A DNA stretch of 15,795 nt from Candidatus Aenigmatarchaeota archaeon (GTDB lineage: Archaea > EX4484-52), in NCBI GenBank assembly GCA_023137195.1, contig JAGLPV010000041.1, positions 1 through 15,795 on the forward strand. The letters are read 5' to 3'. The notes under the pieces were generated by a model. The model saw only the letters and a program-made list of their open reading frames with translations. It made no database searches and was not told where the DNA came from. Position numbers and translations under genes: made by a program. The stretch's first letter is position 1. Each line of letters starts with the position of its first letter. Below are positions 15,765 through 15,795 of this stretch, one piece after another.

Positions 15765-15795
15765 CCTTGAAACCTAAGTTTGACAGTTTAACATC

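Noticed and set aside
1-15795. CRISPR arrays, transposases, rRNA
   Set aside because: No regularly spaced repeats, transposase or integrase motifs, or rRNA-like sequence were seen.

Overview
This is an AT-rich, very compact archaeal chromosome segment. The gene set and style suggest a DPANN/Nanoarchaeota-like lineage, which is an inference. The left part is housekeeping: 5' part of topA, an acidic coiled-coil hypothetical protein, a/eIF5A, an RbgA/YlqF-type GTPase, a class III signal-peptide (pilin-like) protein, RNase HII, an MBL-fold hydrolase, an M14/AstE-family hydrolase, a truncated degenerate PIN-ATPase (PINA-like), a probable 50-aa membrane protein and type II Met aminopeptidase. The right part is a complete, tightly coupled histidine operon on the minus strand (hisG-hisD-hisC::HAD-hisB-hisH-hisF-hisA::I::E), followed by a divergent intron-containing elongator tRNA-Met. 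Main finding: hisG has no canonical start codon ahead of its conserved N-terminus. Instead, a 33-codon leader ORF with the operon's typical ribosome-binding site overlaps it and ends in CCC-CAT-AGC-CAT-TTC-TAA. A +1 slip on CCC-C at the His codon would put the ribosome into the hisG frame, making this a candidate histidine-starvation-sensing programmed frameshift. In support, the His enzymes are almost free of His residues, and the few His codons left are nearly all CAC. Second finding: the tRNA-Met intron looks like a box C/D guide for 2'-O-methylation of the same tRNA's wobble C34.
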